The notes under the pieces were generated by a model. It was not told the origin of the DNA. It ran no database searches and saw nothing but the letters and a program-made list of their open reading frames with translations. Below are positions 1 through 10,773 of a stretch of 64,000 nucleotides of DNA, in pieces; position 1 is the stretch's first letter; every line of letters begins with the position of its first letter. The stretch is taken from contig CAZSWV010000001.1 of the NCBI GenBank assembly GCA_964611295.1, positions 1,869-65,868 on the forward strand, written 5' to 3'. The position numbers and the translations under genes were made by a program. The stretch comes from an uncultured Thermodesulfobacteriota bacterium. GTDB lineage: Bacteria > Desulfobacterota > B13-G15.

Positions 1-97
1 GAGGTTCGGGAGGGTGTTCGGTAAAGAGCCCAGTTGGAAGAAGGCCATCGTGACCTTGAAGGCTGGATATAGCATAGAGTTCTTCGAGGGGGCATAA
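1..97 (+). CDS. rplW: 50S ribosomal protein L23, 3' end only (truncated by window edge)
   Basis: The frame ending at TAA 95-97 reads ...[21 protein letters not shown], the conserved KKAiVtL-type L23 C-terminus. It lies directly upstream of rplB as in S10 operons. Confidence 0.8.
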   Translation, partial: RFGRVFGKEPSWKKAIVTLKAGYSIEFFEGA

Positions 98-100
98 GGT

Positions 101-925
101 ATGGGGATAAGGGGTTTTAAACCAACTTCTCCCGGAAGGCGTTTTATGACGGTTTCGACCTTCGAGGAGATCACGAAGGACGAACCGGAGTGGAGCCTGG
201 TAGAACCGCTCAAGAAACATGCGGGTAGGAACTGTTACGGTAGGATCACGGCCCGTCACCGGGGTGGAGGTCACAAGAGGCTTTACCGCATCATCGACTT
301 CGTGAGAAGGGACAAGGCAGGGATACCGGCAAGGGTTGCTAGCATAGAATATGATCCTAACCGTTCGGCCCGTATAGCCCTCTTACATTATGCCGATGGG
401 GAGAAACGCTATATCCTCTGGCCTGTAGGACTCAAGGTAGGCGACATCGTTATGGCAGGGGAAAACGCAGAGATAAAACCTGGAAATGCCCTACCCCTGA
501 GGAACATCCCGGTAGGGACCTTGGTACACAACGTGGAACTGAAGATAGGAGCAGGGGGACAATTGGCCAGGGCAGCGGGTACTTATTGTCAGATAATGGC
601 CAAAGAGGGGGATTATGCCCACCTGAGATTGCCTTCAGGTGAGATCAGGCTAGTTCACCTTGACTGCTATGCAACAGTGGGGCAGGTGGGCAATGTGGAC
701 CACGAGAACATAACCATTGGGAAGGCGGGACGGGCGAGGTGGATGGGGTGGCGTCCTTTCGTTAGAGGCGTTGCCATGAACCCTATAGACCACCCCCTTG
801 GTGGAGGAGAGGGTAGGGCCCATGGTGGGAGGCATCCTTGTAGCCCGTGGGGACAGTTGGCTAAGGGTTATAAGACACGAAGGAGGAAGGACACCGATAA
901 ATACATCATCAAGCGGAGGAAGTGA
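101..925 (+). CDS. rplB: 50S ribosomal protein L2
   Basis: 274-aa ORF with [19 protein letters not shown] and HPLGGGEGR motifs typical of L2. It has a 4-nt overlap with the next gene. Confidence 0.98.
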   Translation: MGIRGFKPTSPGRRFMTVSTFEEITKDEPEWSLVEPLKKHAGRNCYGRITARHRGGGHKRLYRIIDFVRRDKAGIPARVASIEYDPNRSARIALLHYADGEKRYILWPVGLKVGDIVMAGENAEIKPGNALPLRNIPVGTLVHNVELKIGAGGQLARAAGTYCQIMAKEGDYAHLRLPSGEIRLVHLDCYATVGQVGNVDHENITIGKAGRARWMGWRPFVRGVAMNPIDHPLGGGEGRAHGGRHPCSPWGQLAKGYKTRRRKDTDKYIIKRRK

Positions 926-1215
926 GGATGCCTAGGTCTAAAAAGAAAGGGCCCTATGTAGATCCTAAGCTATTGGAGAAGGTCCGGAAACTTAAAGAAG
1001 AAGGCCGGACCGATAAGGTGATAAAGACCTGGTCAAGGCGGTCTACGATTATCCCTGAGTTTGTGGGGCTTACCTTTGCGGTGCACAACGGGATGAAGTT
1101 CATCCCCGTTTACGTGACCGAACAAATGGTGGGACATAAATTGGGGGAATTCGCCCCCACTAGGACCTTTAGAGGGCATGCGGGAGATAAGAAAACCAAG
1201 GTGGTGAAGAAGTGA
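922..1215 (+). CDS. rpsS: 30S ribosomal protein S19
   Basis: 97 aa with [11 protein letters not shown] and [16 protein letters not shown], and the conserved operon position. Confidence 0.98.
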   Translation: MRMPRSKKKGPYVDPKLLEKVRKLKEEGRTDKVIKTWSRRSTIIPEFVGLTFAVHNGMKFIPVYVTEQMVGHKLGEFAPTRTFRGHAGDKKTKVVKK

Positions 1216-1550
1216 TGGAGGTCAAGGCTACTGCGAAATACTTGAGGATATCGCCTTCAAAGGCAAGGCTTGTGGCCCGTCTGGTGAAAGGGAAAAAGGT
1301 GGATCAGGCGTTGGCCATCCTTGCCTTTACCAATAAGAAGTTCGCCAGGATGCTTACTAAGGTGATACGTTCGGCCCTGGCGAATGCAGAACACAACACG
1401 GGGCTAGATGTAGACAAACTTTGGGTTAAAAACGTCTTGGTGGACCAAGGGCCCATGTGGAAGCGGTGGATCCCCAGGGCCATGGGTCGGGCCACCATGA
1501 TAAGGAAGAGGACAAGCCACGTAACGGTCATATTAGAGGAGAGGAGATAA
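1212..1550 (+). CDS. rplV: 50S ribosomal protein L22
   Basis: 112 aa with the [26 protein letters not shown]22 signature, in conserved synteny. Confidence 0.97.
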   Translation: MMEVKATAKYLRISPSKARLVARLVKGKKVDQALAILAFTNKKFARMLTKVIRSALANAEHNTGLDVDKLWVKNVLVDQGPMWKRWIPRAMGRATMIRKRTSHVTVILEERR

Positions 1551-1556
1551 GGGGAG

Positions 1557-2222
1557 ATGGGGCAGAAGGTTCATCCTGAGGGTTTTCGACTTGGTATAAC
1601 CAAGACCTGGAAGGCCAAGTGGTATGCAGATAAAGGTTATGGAGACCTCTTAGAGGAGGACCTGAAGATCAGGCGTTATATAAAGCAAAAGCTCTACCAC
1701 GCAGGTATATCGACCATCGAGATAGAAAGGGTCGCAGCCACAAAGGCGGGTCGTGTAAAGGTAGACATATGGACGGCAAGGCCGGGGTTGGTTATAGGGA
1801 AAAAGGGTGCAGAGGTAGAGAGCCTCAGGCGTGAACTCGAAACTATGACCGGTAAGGAAGTGGTGATTAACATAAGGGAAGTAAGGCGACCGGAGCTTGA
1901 CGCACAGCTTGTGGCCGAAAACATAGCTTTCCAAATAGAGCGCAGGGTGAGCCACCGGAGGGCCATGAAGAGGGCCATTTCCATGGCCATGAAGCTTGGG
2001 GCTCAAGGGATGAAAGTGGCCTGCGCAGGGAGGCTTGCTGGGGCTGAGCTTGCAAGGAGGGAATGGTACAGGGAGGGGAGGTTACCGTTACAGACACTCA
2101 GGGCCGACATAGACTATGGATTTGCCGTAGCCAAGACCAAGTACGGGACAATAGGGGTGAAGGTCTGGATATACAAGGGAGAGATATTCCCTGGACAGGA
2201 GCGGGAAGATGCTTCAGCCTAA
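1557..2222 (+). CDS. rpsC: 30S ribosomal protein S3
   Basis: 221 aa with the [14 protein letters not shown]-terminus and a KH-domain region. Confidence 0.98.
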   Translation: MGQKVHPEGFRLGITKTWKAKWYADKGYGDLLEEDLKIRRYIKQKLYHAGISTIEIERVAATKAGRVKVDIWTARPGLVIGKKGAEVESLRRELETMTGKEVVINIREVRRPELDAQLVAENIAFQIERRVSHRRAMKRAISMAMKLGAQGMKVACAGRLAGAELARREWYREGRLPLQTLRADIDYGFAVAKTKYGTIGVKVWIYKGEIFPGQEREDASA

Positions 2223-2625
2223 GAGGACCAAATATCGTAAACAGCAACGGGGCCGCGTAAGGACAAGGGCCTTTGCGGGAAGTGAACTTCATCTAGGAGA
2301 GTACGGCTTACAAGCCCTTAAGGGATGTTGGCTTACGGCGAGACAGATCGAGGCAGCCAGGGTGGCGATCACCCGTTCTATCCGCAAGACCGGGAAGCTT
2401 TGGTTGAGGGTCTTCCCCGACAAACCGGTGACTAAGAAGCCAGCCGAGACCCGGATGGGTAAGGGTAAAGGGGATGTCAAGGAATGGGTGGCTGTAGTTA
2501 AGGCTGGGAGGATCTTGTTCGAACTTGAGGGTGTGCCAGAAGAGGAAGCACGGGAGGCCTTCAGGTTGGCCTCTCATAAATTGCCTATTCCAGTGAGGTT
2601 CGTGAAGAGACAGGAACTGCCATGA
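2209..2625 (+). CDS. rplP: 50S ribosomal protein L16
   Basis: 138 aa with the [17 protein letters not shown]-terminus. Confidence 0.98.
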   Translation: MLQPKRTKYRKQQRGRVRTRAFAGSELHLGEYGLQALKGCWLTARQIEAARVAITRSIRKTGKLWLRVFPDKPVTKKPAETRMGKGKGDVKEWVAVVKAGRILFELEGVPEEEAREAFRLASHKLPIPVRFVKRQELP

Positions 2626-2843
2626 AGGCGAAGGAGCTAAGGATGTTAAGCGACGAGGAATTGCGGCGTAAGGAGAAGGAGTTACGGGAGGAGTTGTTCA
2701 ACCTGAGGTTCCAACATGCCATAGGCCAGCTCACCAATACTGCCCGTATCTCCCAGGTGAAGAGGGAAATAGCCAGGATAAAGACCATCCTGAGGGAACG
2801 CGAACTACAAAGGAGTGGTGGAGATGGTAGAAAGGGGTCATAG
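2622..2843 (+). CDS. rpmC: 50S ribosomal protein L29
   Basis: 73 aa with the [13 protein letters not shown]...ELFNLRFQ signature. The C-terminal tail overlaps the rpsQ start. Confidence 0.95.
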   Translation: MKAKELRMLSDEELRRKEKELREELFNLRFQHAIGQLTNTARISQVKREIARIKTILRERELQRSGGDGRKGS

Positions 2844-3144
2844 GAAGACAGAGATAGGGGTAGTGGTCAGTGACAAGATGGACAAGACCGTGGTGGTTCG
2901 GGTGGAGAGGCTTGTACAACATCCTAAATATGGTAAGGTCATAAGGCGTTTTACGAAATTCTATGCGCATGATGAAAAGAACGAATGTAAGGTAGGAGAT
3001 AAGGTCTTGATAATAGAAACTAGGCCTTTGAGTAAGCTTAAGAGGTGGAGGGTGGTGAGGATCCTCGAGAGGGGCCTAAAAGGCGCTTCTGAAGTCCTCC
3101 CAGAGGAGGTGAGCGGCGATGATCAGGCCAACGACAAAACTTGA
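2824..3144 (+). CDS. rpsQ: 30S ribosomal protein S17
   Basis: Reads [30 protein letters not shown] chose ATG 2824 (AAGGAG at 2809-2814, 9-nt spacer) over the track's GTG 2815. The ~25-aa acidic C-terminal tail overlaps rplN. Confidence 0.92.
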   Translation: MVERGHRKTEIGVVVSDKMDKTVVVRVERLVQHPKYGKVIRRFTKFYAHDEKNECKVGDKVLIIETRPLSKLKRWRVVRILERGLKGASEVLPEEVSGDDQANDKT

Positions 3145-3484
3145 GGTTGCTGACAATACAGGGGTAAAGAAGATAATGTGTATCGGCATCCTCGGGGCAA
3201 AGAGGAAATATGCGACTGTGGGCGATATAATCATCGCTTCGGTAAAAGATGCACTCCCGGGTTCGAAGATCGAGAAGGGCGATGTGGTAAGGGCAGTGGT
3301 CGTGCGGACCAAAAAGGAGATAAGGAGGCCAGATGGGTCCTACATTAAGTTCGACGACAATGCAGCTGTTATAGTGAACCAGCAGAACGAACCTATAGGT
3401 ACACGCGTTTTTGGTCCTGTGGCCAGGGAACTCAGGGCCAAGCATTTCATGAAGATCGTCTCTTTGGCACCGGAGGTCCTTTAA
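3119..3484 (+). CDS. rplN: 50S ribosomal protein L14
   Basis: 121 aa with the [23 protein letters not shown]-terminus. Confidence 0.98.
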   Translation: MIRPTTKLEVADNTGVKKIMCIGILGAKRKYATVGDIIIASVKDALPGSKIEKGDVVRAVVVRTKKEIRRPDGSYIKFDDNAAVIVNQQNEPIGTRVFGPVARELRAKHFMKIVSLAPEVL

Positions 3485-3811
3485 ATGCGGAAGTTGCATG
3501 TCAAAAAAGGTGACCTTGTGGTGGTTATCGCAGGTAAGGACAGAGGGAAATCGGGAAGGGTCATTAAAGTCATCCCGAAGGAAGAGAAGGTAGTAGTGGA
3601 AAGGATAAACCTAGTGAAGAAACACGTAAGGCCTGGACCTACTACCGGACAAGGGGGGATATTGGAGGTTGAGGCCCCTATACACGTATCCAACGTCATG
3701 CCCCTTTGCCCTAACTGTAACAGGCCTACAAGGGTTGGCAGGAAGTTTTTGGAGGATGGCACTAAAGTAAGGGTTTGTAAACGTTGTGGAGAATCCTTGG
3801 ACAAGAAGTGA
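3485..3811 (+). CDS. rplX: 50S ribosomal protein L24 (with C-terminal CxxC...CxxC ribbon)
   Basis: 108 aa with the KOW motif [20 protein letters not shown], and a C-terminal CPNC...CKRC. Confidence 0.96.
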   Translation: MRKLHVKKGDLVVVIAGKDRGKSGRVIKVIPKEEKVVVERINLVKKHVRPGPTTGQGGILEVEAPIHVSNVMPLCPNCNRPTRVGRKFLEDGTKVRVCKRCGESLDKK

Positions 3812-3822
3812 GGTGAAGGGCT

Positions 3823-4392
3823 ATGGGGTGGTCTCCGATGAAGGAATATTACTATAAGGAAGTCGTGCCGAAGATGATGGAGAAGTTCGGTTATCGGAAC
3901 GTCATGGAAGTCCCGAGGCTTGTCAAAATAGTGGTGAATATGGGCCTTGGAGAGGCTATACAGGACATCAAGGTCCTTGAATCCTGCATGGAGGACCTAA
4001 AGGCTATAACAGGCCAACAGCCTGTTGTGACCAAGGCCAAGAAATCCATAGCCCAATTTAAACTCCGCAAGGGCATGCCCATCGGGTGTATGGTTACCTT
4101 GAGACGGGAGAGGATGTACGAGTTCTTCAACAGGCTTGTGAACATAGCCCTTCCTAGGATGAGGGACTTCAGGGGGCTTTCGCCTTATTCCTTTGACGGG
4201 CGAGGGAACTATACGTTGGGCCTGAGGGAACAGATCCTTTTCCCAGAGGTGAACTACGACAAGGTTTATAAGATCAAGGGGATGAACATCACGATAGTGA
4301 CATCGGCAGAAACCGACGAGGAGGCCAGGGAACTCTTAAAACTCATGGGTATGCCCTTCAGGGAGGAAAGGAGGGAAAGGGAAAGTGCCTAG
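3823..4392 (+). CDS. rplE: 50S ribosomal protein L5
   Basis: Reads ...[38 protein letters not shown]. The start is either ATG 3823 (GAGGTG upstream) or ATG 3838. Confidence 0.96.
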   Translation: MGWSPMKEYYYKEVVPKMMEKFGYRNVMEVPRLVKIVVNMGLGEAIQDIKVLESCMEDLKAITGQQPVVTKAKKSIAQFKLRKGMPIGCMVTLRRERMYEFFNRLVNIALPRMRDFRGLSPYSFDGRGNYTLGLREQILFPEVNYDKVYKIKGMNITIVTSAETDEEARELLKLMGMPFREERRERESA

Positions 4393-4570
4393 GAAGGCTC
4401 AGATAGAAAAGGCAAAGAGGCCGCCCAAGTTCAAGGTGAGACATAGGAACCGTTGCAGTATGTGTGGGCGCGCACGTGGATACTTTAGGAAGTTCAAGCT
4501 TTGTAGGATGTGTCTCCGGAAATACGCCCTGGAGGGGTTGATCCCAGGGGTTAGGAAGTCAAGTTGGTAG
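4385..4570 (+). CDS. rpsN: 30S ribosomal protein S14, short zinc-binding type Z
   Basis: 61 aa with a GTG start and CSMC...CRMC zinc-ribbon cysteines. Confidence 0.96.
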   Translation: MPRKAQIEKAKRPPKFKVRHRNRCSMCGRARGYFRKFKLCRMCLRKYALEGLIPGVRKSSW

Positions 4571-4579
4571 GGAAGGGCC

Positions 4580-4975
4580 ATGATGACGGATCCTATTGCC
4601 GACATGCTGACGAGGATAAGGAACGCATTACAAGCCCGAAAAGAAGAGGTAGACGTCCCTTCTTCCAAGTTCAAGGTGAGGATTGCCGAAATCCTAAAGG
4701 AAGAGGGCTACATAAAGGGGTTCAAGGTTATACCTGACAACAAGCAGGGGATCCTTAAGGTGTTCTTGAAGTACGGGGAAGACGGAGAGCCGGCTATTTC
4801 GGGCTTAAAGAGGGTCAGTAAGCCTGGGAGAAGGGTTTACGTGAAAAAAGACGAGATCCCCAGGGTGATGGGAGGGCTTGGTATAGCCATCCTTACCACC
4901 TCTCGGGGGGTTATGACCGACCGTGAAGCGCGTAAAGCGGGTGTTGGAGGAGAGGTAATTTGTTACGTATGGTAG
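4580..4975 (+). CDS. rpsH: 30S ribosomal protein S8
   Basis: 131 aa with the [15 protein letters not shown]-terminus. Confidence 0.98.
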   Translation: MMTDPIADMLTRIRNALQARKEEVDVPSSKFKVRIAEILKEEGYIKGFKVIPDNKQGILKVFLKYGEDGEPAISGLKRVSKPGRRVYVKKDEIPRVMGGLGIAILTTSRGVMTDREARKAGVGGEVICYVW

Positions 4976-4984
4976 AGGTGGAAG

Positions 4985-5527
4985 ATGTCGCGGATTGGGA
5001 GAAAGCCTATTCCTATACCACAGGGTGTTGAGGTTAAGGTGGAAGGTGAACAGGTATTAGTAAAGGGTCCTAAGGGTGCCCTTTCACAAAAGATCCCCTT
5101 TGAAATAGAGGTTAAGGTCCTCGATGGGGAAGTGAAGGTGGACAGAAAAGTAGAGACCAGGAGAGCGCGGGCCCTTCATGGGTTGATGAGGAGCCTTATC
5201 GCCAACATGGTGCAGGGGGTCACCCAGGGATTTGAAAAGAGGTTAGAGATAGTCGGGGTTGGTTATAGGGCCCAACTTGAAGGCAGGACCCTTAGGCTAG
5301 CGCTTGGGTATTCCCACCCTGTCCTTTACCCGATACCTGAGGGCATCGAGATTGAGGTGCCCCAGCCGACGAAGATCGTGGTAAAGGGCATTGACAAACA
5401 GAAGGTGGGTCAAGTCGCTGCTGAGATCAGGGCTTTAAGGGAGCCTGATTCCTATAAGGGGAAAGGCATTCGTTATGAGGGCGAAGTAGTAAGGCTAAAA
5501 GTCGGCAAAGGGAGGGGTAAGAAGTAA
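4985..5527 (+). CDS. rplF: 50S ribosomal protein L6
   Basis: 180 aa with the [18 protein letters not shown]-terminus. Confidence 0.98.
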   Translation: MSRIGRKPIPIPQGVEVKVEGEQVLVKGPKGALSQKIPFEIEVKVLDGEVKVDRKVETRRARALHGLMRSLIANMVQGVTQGFEKRLEIVGVGYRAQLEGRTLRLALGYSHPVLYPIPEGIEIEVPQPTKIVVKGIDKQKVGQVAAEIRALREPDSYKGKGIRYEGEVVRLKVGKGRGKK

Positions 5528-5528
5528 G

Positions 5529-5891
5529 ATGTCGAAGAAGAGGCTTAAAGGCAGGTTGAGAAGGAAACTCAGGATTAGGAGGAAGATCTCCGGGACTCCT
5601 GAGAGACCAAGGCTTTGTGTGTACAGGAGCCTCAAGCACATGTACGCTCAGATCATAGACGATACAAAAGGGCACACCTTGGTGTCGGCCTCTACCTTGG
5701 ACAAGGAGTTACGGGGCAAACTCAAGAGCACAGGGAACGTGGAGGCGGCCAGGGAAGTAGGTAGGTTGATAGCTAAAAGGGCTTTGGAAAAGGGGATAAA
5801 GAAGGTAGTTTTTGACCGTAATGGCTTCCTTTACCATGGAAGGGTAAAGGCTGTGGCAGAAGGCGCAAGAGAAATGGGATTGGAGTTTTGA
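5529..5891 (+). CDS. rplR: 50S ribosomal protein L18
   Basis: 120 aa with [18 protein letters not shown] and [14 protein letters not shown] motifs. Confidence 0.97.
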   Translation: MSKKRLKGRLRRKLRIRRKISGTPERPRLCVYRSLKHMYAQIIDDTKGHTLVSASTLDKELRGKLKSTGNVEAAREVGRLIAKRALEKGIKKVVFDRNGFLYHGRVKAVAEGAREMGLEF

Positions 5892-6406
5892 AGATGAGGA
5901 AAAGGCCTGTGAGGATCAATCCAGAAGGGTTAGACTTGACCGAAAGGGTAGTTTACATCAACCGTGTGTCAAGGGTTACCTCAGGGGGTAAGAGGTTTAA
6001 GTTCACGGCCCTTGTAGTGGTAGGAGATGGAAGGGGTATTGTGGGCTATGGGCTTGGAAAGGCCCAAGAGGTCCTTGAGGCCATAAGGAAAGGGGTGGAA
6101 AAGGCCAAAAAGAACTTAATACGCGTTCCCCTTTTGGGAACAACGATACCCCATGAGGTAATTGGGGAGTTCGGGGCTTCGAGGGTTTTGCTAAAGCCTG
6201 CCCGTGAAGGAACTGGGGTCATAGCGGGGGCCGTGGTAAGGGCGGTTATGGAGTGTGCGGGTATACAGAACGTGCTGACGAAGTCCCTTGGTTCTAATAA
6301 CCCTCATAACCTCATAAAGGCTACCTTCGAAGGGTTGATGAGCCTTAAGTCACCTGAGGAAATAAGCAGAAAGAGGGGAAAAACCTTAAGGGAGATCCTA
6401 GGGTAG
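5888..6406 (+). CDS. rpsE: 30S ribosomal protein S5
   Basis: 172 aa with [27 protein letters not shown]. Confidence 0.98.
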   Translation: MKMRKRPVRINPEGLDLTERVVYINRVSRVTSGGKRFKFTALVVVGDGRGIVGYGLGKAQEVLEAIRKGVEKAKKNLIRVPLLGTTIPHEVIGEFGASRVLLKPAREGTGVIAGAVVRAVMECAGIQNVLTKSLGSNNPHNLIKATFEGLMSLKSPEEISRKRGKTLREILG

Positions 6407-6416
6407 GTGGGAGCAG

Positions 6417-6602
6417 ATGGGCTATCTAAGGGTTAAATTGGTAAGGAGTCCTATAGGTAATCCGCAAAGACAGAGGGAAGTGTTACGTGGAATGGGGTTG
6501 AGGAAGTTGAACGATGAGGTGCTTTTGAAGGACAGCCCTGAAACAAGGGGTATGATAAGGAAAGTGGCGCATTTAGTGGAGGTGAGGGAGGAAGATGCTT
6601 GA
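6417..6602 (+). CDS. rpmD: 50S ribosomal protein L30
   Basis: 61 aa reading LRVKLVRSPIGNPQRQREVLRGMGLRK. Confidence 0.95.
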   Translation: MGYLRVKLVRSPIGNPQRQREVLRGMGLRKLNDEVLLKDSPETRGMIRKVAHLVEVREEDA

Positions 6603-7038
6603 TAGGTTAAGACCGCCAAAAGGGGCAATCCATCCCCCAAAAAGGGTGGGAAGGGGACCTGGATCGGGACATGGTAAAACGGCAACCAGGGGTCACAAGG
6701 GTCAAAAGGCGCGTTCCAGTCCGGACATGCCCACAGGTTTTGAAGGAGGCCAACTACCTTTACACAAGAGGCTTCCAAAACGTGGATTCCATAACCCTAC
6801 GAGGAAGGAATTGGCAGTGGTGAACGTGAAGGACCTTAATAGGTTCCCCGCAGGTTCGGTGGTGGACGAAAGGGTGCTGAGGGAAGCGGGTTTGGTGAAA
6901 GGGAAGTGGGACGGGGTGAAGATATTGGGCAAGGGGGAGATAAACGTCCCCCTTACAGTAAAGGCCCATAAGTTCAGCCGCAGCGCCGAGCAAAAGATAG
7001 TGGCTGCGGGTGGGAAAGTGGAGATCCTTCCTTTATGA
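6595..7038 (+). CDS. rplO: 50S ribosomal protein L15
   Basis: 147 aa with RVGRGPGSGHGKTATRGHKGQKARS. Confidence 0.97.
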   Translation: MLDRLRPPKGAIHPPKRVGRGPGSGHGKTATRGHKGQKARSSPDMPTGFEGGQLPLHKRLPKRGFHNPTRKELAVVNVKDLNRFPAGSVVDERVLREAGLVKGKWDGVKILGKGEINVPLTVKAHKFSRSAEQKIVAAGGKVEILPL

Positions 7039-8336
7039 ATGCCCTTGGAAACATCTTAAAGATACCGGAACTGAGGAAGAGGATCTTCCTGACCCTTTTG
7101 CTCCTTGGGGTTTACAGGATCGGTTGTCACATTCCTACACCAGGTATCGACAGGGAAGCGCTTTCTTCCTTTTTGCAACAAGCCGGGGGCATGTTAGGGC
7201 TTTTCAACATCTTTACAGGAGGGGCTTTTGAAAGGTTCAGCGTCTTTGCGTTAGGTATCATGCCATATATAAGTGCGGCCATAATAATGGAACTCCTGAC
7301 CGTGGTGATACCCCAGCTTCAGCTCTTGAAAAAGGAAGGGGAATACGGGCGACGGAAGATAAACCAGTACGTAAGGTACGGGACAGTACTGCTTTGTCTC
7401 TTTCAGGGGTTTGGGTTAGCCCTTGGATTGGAGGGGTTAAGGGGAACCGGAGGGGAAGCGATAGTAATCAACCCGGGATGGGGGTTTAGGCTGACAACCA
7501 TGTTGACCTTGGCCACCGGCACCACCTTCCTTATGTGGCTTGGCGAGCAGATCACCGAAAGGGGTATAGGTAATGGGATATCTTTGATCATATTCGCGGG
7601 TATAGTGGCACGTATACCTAGGGAGATCGCCGCCATATGGAGACTTGTCAGGGTAGGCGAGATGAACGTGATCTTCGGTTTGCTCTTGGCCCTTTTTGCT
7701 GTAGCGGTTGTGGCCTTCGTCATATTTATGGAAACTTCCTATAGGCGTATACCCATCCAGTACGCCAAAAGGATCGTAGGTCGTAGGGTATATGGAGGGC
7801 AATCGGCTTTCCTACCCTTAAAGCTCAATACATCTGGTGTTATTCCCCCTATTTTTGCCTCTTCGCTCCTTATGTTCCCAACAACTGTGGCTAACTTTAT
7901 ACACCATCCTGTTATGGATTTAATCAAGAAGGTCTTTGATCCCATGGGGGTGGTTTACAACCTGTGTTATGTCGTGCTTATCGTCTTTTTTGCCTACTTT
8001 TATACGGCCATCATATTCAACCCTGTAGATGTGGCTGATAACATGAAGAAATACGGGGGGTTCATCCCAGGCATAAGGCCTGGGAAACCCACAGCCGATT
8101 ACATCGATAAGGTCTTGTCGAGGATAACCTTGATCGGTGGGCTTTATGTAGCTTTGGTTTGCGTCTTACCTGCTATACTTATGGGGAAGTTCAACGTGCC
8201 CTTTTATTTTGGCGGCACGGCCATATTGATAGTAGTAGGGGTTGCCCTTGATACGGTCCAACAGATAGAGGCACACCTTTTGAGTAGGCAATATGAAAGC
8301 ATCGTTAAAGGGGTAAGGATAAAGGGGAGGAGGTAG
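7035..8336 (+). CDS. secY: preprotein translocase subunit SecY
   Basis: 433-aa polytopic membrane protein with FALGIMPYISAAII and GGTAILIVVGVALDT motifs. Conserved position after rplO. Confidence 0.98.
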   Translation: MNALGNILKIPELRKRIFLTLLLLGVYRIGCHIPTPGIDREALSSFLQQAGGMLGLFNIFTGGAFERFSVFALGIMPYISAAIIMELLTVVIPQLQLLKKEGEYGRRKINQYVRYGTVLLCLFQGFGLALGLEGLRGTGGEAIVINPGWGFRLTTMLTLATGTTFLMWLGEQITERGIGNGISLIIFAGIVARIPREIAAIWRLVRVGEMNVIFGLLLALFAVAVVAFVIFMETSYRRIPIQYAKRIVGRRVYGGQSAFLPLKLNTSGVIPPIFASSLLMFPTTVANFIHHPVMDLIKKVFDPMGVVYNLCYVVLIVFFAYFYTAIIFNPVDVADNMKKYGGFIPGIRPGKPTADYIDKVLSRITLIGGLYVALVCVLPAILMGKFNVPFYFGGTAILIVVGVALDTVQQIEAHLLSRQYESIVKGVRIKGRR

Positions 8337-8338
8337 GG

Positions 8339-8989
8339 ATGTATCTGGTGCTTATTGGTCCCCCGGGGTCTGGTAAGGGTACACAAGCCAAAAGGATGGC
8401 GGAGGAGTTGGGTTTTGTCCATCTTTCAACTGGGGATATCTTGAGGGAGGCTGTAAGGGAAGGAACGCCTTTAGGGCTTGAGGCGAAAAAATACATGGAA
8501 GAGGGGAGACTCGTACCTGACGAAGTGGTGATAGGGATTGTGAGGGAGAGGTTAAGGTCGCCTGAATGCGAAAAGGGGGTGGTCTTTGACGGGTTCCCGC
8601 GGACCATCTCACAGGCAGAAGCCCTGGACAGGATTTTGGAAGAGCTTGGAAGGAGGTTGGACCGTGTAGTGGAAGTTGAGGTTTCAGAAGAAGAGGTTTT
8701 GAGGCGTCTGACAGGGCGTAGGACGTGTAGGAATTGTGGCGCTATGTACCATGTATTCTTTGAGCCGCCTAAAGTAGAAGGGGTCTGTGACAAGTGTGGT
8801 GGTCCCCTTTACCAACGGGAGGACGACAAGGAGGATGTGATTAAGGAACGCCTAAGGGTATATAGAAAAGATACTGAGCCTTTGATAAGTTATTATGAAA
8901 AGAAGGGCGTATTGGTAAAGGTAAAAGGTGAAGGTCCCATTGAGGAAGTGAAACAGAGGTTATTGGAGGCAATAGGGGTGAGAAGGTAG
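8339..8989 (+). CDS. adk: adenylate kinase (zinc-lid type)
   Basis: 216 aa with P-loop GPPGSGKGTQ and lid CRNC...CDKC. Confidence 0.97.
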   Translation: MYLVLIGPPGSGKGTQAKRMAEELGFVHLSTGDILREAVREGTPLGLEAKKYMEEGRLVPDEVVIGIVRERLRSPECEKGVVFDGFPRTISQAEALDRILEELGRRLDRVVEVEVSEEEVLRRLTGRRTCRNCGAMYHVFFEPPKVEGVCDKCGGPLYQREDDKEDVIKERLRVYRKDTEPLISYYEKKGVLVKVKGEGPIEEVKQRLLEAIGVRR

Positions 8990-9202
8990 ATGCCCAAAGG
9001 CCTGGAAGTAGAAGGGACAGTGGTGGAGGTTTTGCCAAATGCCATGTTCAGGGTTGAGCTTCCCAATGGGAGAAGGGTTTTGGCGCATGTTTCTGGGAAG
9101 ATGAGGATGTATTACATAAAAATAGTACCAGGCGATAAGGTGAAGGTTGAGCTTTCCCCTTACGATCCCACAAGGGGCAGGATAATATACAGGAAGAAGT
9201 AA
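8990..9202 (+). CDS. infA: translation initiation factor IF-1
   Basis: 70 aa reading [34 protein letters not shown]. Confidence 0.97.
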   Translation: MPKGLEVEGTVVEVLPNAMFRVELPNGRRVLAHVSGKMRMYYIKIVPGDKVKVELSPYDPTRGRIIYRKK

Positions 9203-9217
9203 GTTAGGAGGTTAGAG

Positions 9218-9331
9218 GTGAAGGTGAGGGCTTCTGTGAAAAGAAGGTGTGACAAGTGTAAGATAATCAAGCGAAAGGGCATAGTAAGGGTTATATGTGA
9301 AAATCCAAAACATAAACAAAGGCAGGGGTAG
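9218..9331 (+). CDS. rpmJ: 50S ribosomal protein L36
   Basis: My own translation from GTG 9218 to TAG 9329-9331 gives (M)[36 protein letters not shown], 37 aa. GGAGG lies upstream. It is absent from the ORF track because it is short and GTG-started. Confidence 0.93.
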   Translation: MKVRASVKRRCDKCKIIKRKGIVRVICENPKHKQRQG

Positions 9332-9334
9332 GCC

Positions 9335-9703
9335 ATGCCGCGGATAGCAGGTGTTGACATTCCGAGCAACAAGAGGATAGAGATCGCCTTAACGTATATT
9401 TATGGGATAGGAAGGACGACTGCCCAAAAGATCCTTAAGGAAGCGGGTATTGATTTTGGTAAGAAGGCAGGTGAACTTACAGAGGAAGAAGTGGCCAAGA
9501 TCCGTGAGATAATCGATCGGGATTACAAGGTGGAAGGGGAGTTGAGGAAAGAGATCGCCATGAACATAAAGCGGCTCATGGAGATAGGGTGCTATAGGGG
9601 GCTGAGGCATAAGATGGGTCTACCAGTACGAGGGCAGAGGACGCGAAGCAATGCCCGTACCCGTAAGGGCCCAAGGGGTGCCCTTATAAAGAAGAAGAAA
9701 TGA
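9335..9703 (+). CDS. rpsM: 30S ribosomal protein S13
   Basis: 122 aa with the [27 protein letters not shown]-terminus. Confidence 0.98.
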   Translation: MPRIAGVDIPSNKRIEIALTYIYGIGRTTAQKILKEAGIDFGKKAGELTEEEVAKIREIIDRDYKVEGELRKEIAMNIKRLMEIGCYRGLRHKMGLPVRGQRTRSNARTRKGPRGALIKKKK

Positions 9704-9718
9704 GGAGAGGTTGCGGAG

Positions 9719-10114
9719 ATGGCGCGTAAAAAGGGTGGTACTGGTGTCAAAAAGGTGCGTAAATCGGTACCTGAGGGGGTAGCCCATATACAAGCTACTT
9801 TTAACAACACAATAGTCACCATAACCGATCCTGAAGGTAATACTATCGCTTGGGCTTCAGGTGGTACTCAGGGTTTCAAGGGGGCACGTAAGGGAACACC
9901 TTTTGCGGCACAATTGGCTGCGGAGGCAGCGGCCAAGAAGGCCATTGAGATAGCGGGTATGAGGTCTGTGGACGTGTTGGTAAAAGGTCCTGGTGCAGGA
10001 CGCGAAGCAGCAATAAGGGCATTACAGGCAGCTGGCCTCAAGATAAAGTCTGTCCGCGATGTAACGCCCATACCCCATGACGGATGTAGACCCCCTAAGA
10101 GGAGGAGAGTGTAA
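9719..10114 (+). CDS. rpsK: 30S ribosomal protein S11
   Basis: 131 aa with [22 protein letters not shown] and [16 protein letters not shown]. Confidence 0.98.
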   Translation: MARKKGGTGVKKVRKSVPEGVAHIQATFNNTIVTITDPEGNTIAWASGGTQGFKGARKGTPFAAQLAAEAAAKKAIEIAGMRSVDVLVKGPGAGREAAIRALQAAGLKIKSVRDVTPIPHDGCRPPKRRRV

Positions 10115-10746
10115 TGGGTAGGTACACTGGACCTGTTTGCAGGCTTTGTAGGCGTGAAGGGATGAAGCTGTTCTTGAAGGGGGAGCGTTGTTATACGGAT
10201 AAGTGCGCCTTTGAGCGTCGTCCGTATCCTCCTGGTCAACATGGGCCAACAGCAAGGGTGAAGTTTTCAGACTATGGCTTGAGGCTTCGGGAAAAACAGA
10301 AAGTCAAGAGGATCTATGGGGTTAGTGAACGACAGTTCAAACGTTACTTTGAGATGGCAGAGCGGCAAAAAGGTAATACTGGGGTTAACCTGTTGGTATT
10401 GCTCGAAAGGAGGCTTGACAACGTGGTATACCGCTTGGGATTTGCCTCGACCCGTAGGGACGCAAGGCAGCTGGTGAGTCATGGGCATATAATGGTCAAT
10501 GGGAGGATAATCGATATACCATCCTATTTGGTAAAAGTAGGAGACGTGGTGGAGGTTAAACCTTCAAGCCGGGACATGGAGCGGACAAAACTGGCTTTAG
10601 AAGGGGCGGTAAGGAGGGGTACACCTTCGTGGTTGGAACTGAAAAAGGACGAATTCAAAGGGATTGTCAAAGATCTGCCGAAACGTGAGGAATTGACCAC
10701 TCCTCCTATTAGAGAGCAGTTGATAGTAGAACTTTATTCTAAGTAA
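10114..10746 (+). CDS. rpsD: 30S ribosomal protein S4 (Cys-cluster type)
   Basis: 210 aa reading [31 protein letters not shown]. Confidence 0.98.
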   Translation: MGRYTGPVCRLCRREGMKLFLKGERCYTDKCAFERRPYPPGQHGPTARVKFSDYGLRLREKQKVKRIYGVSERQFKRYFEMAERQKGNTGVNLLVLLERRLDNVVYRLGFASTRRDARQLVSHGHIMVNGRIIDIPSYLVKVGDVVEVKPSSRDMERTKLALEGAVRRGTPSWLELKKDEFKGIVKDLPKREELTTPPIREQLIVELYSK

Positions 10747-10773
10747 AGCTTTATTCCAAAAAAGAGGGGTTAT

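Noticed and set aside
7010-7231. 73-aa + strand ORF overlapping the rplO end and secY start
   Set aside because: It is an alternative frame of the conserved secY N-terminus, with no RBS and no recognisable sequence.
8305-8793. 162-aa minus-strand ORF overlapping adk, and similar antisense ORFs across the ribosomal operon (e.g. 3038-3499, 1650-2006)
   Set aside because: They oppose highly conserved ribosomal/adk coding frames, have no motifs, and have no independent expression signals.
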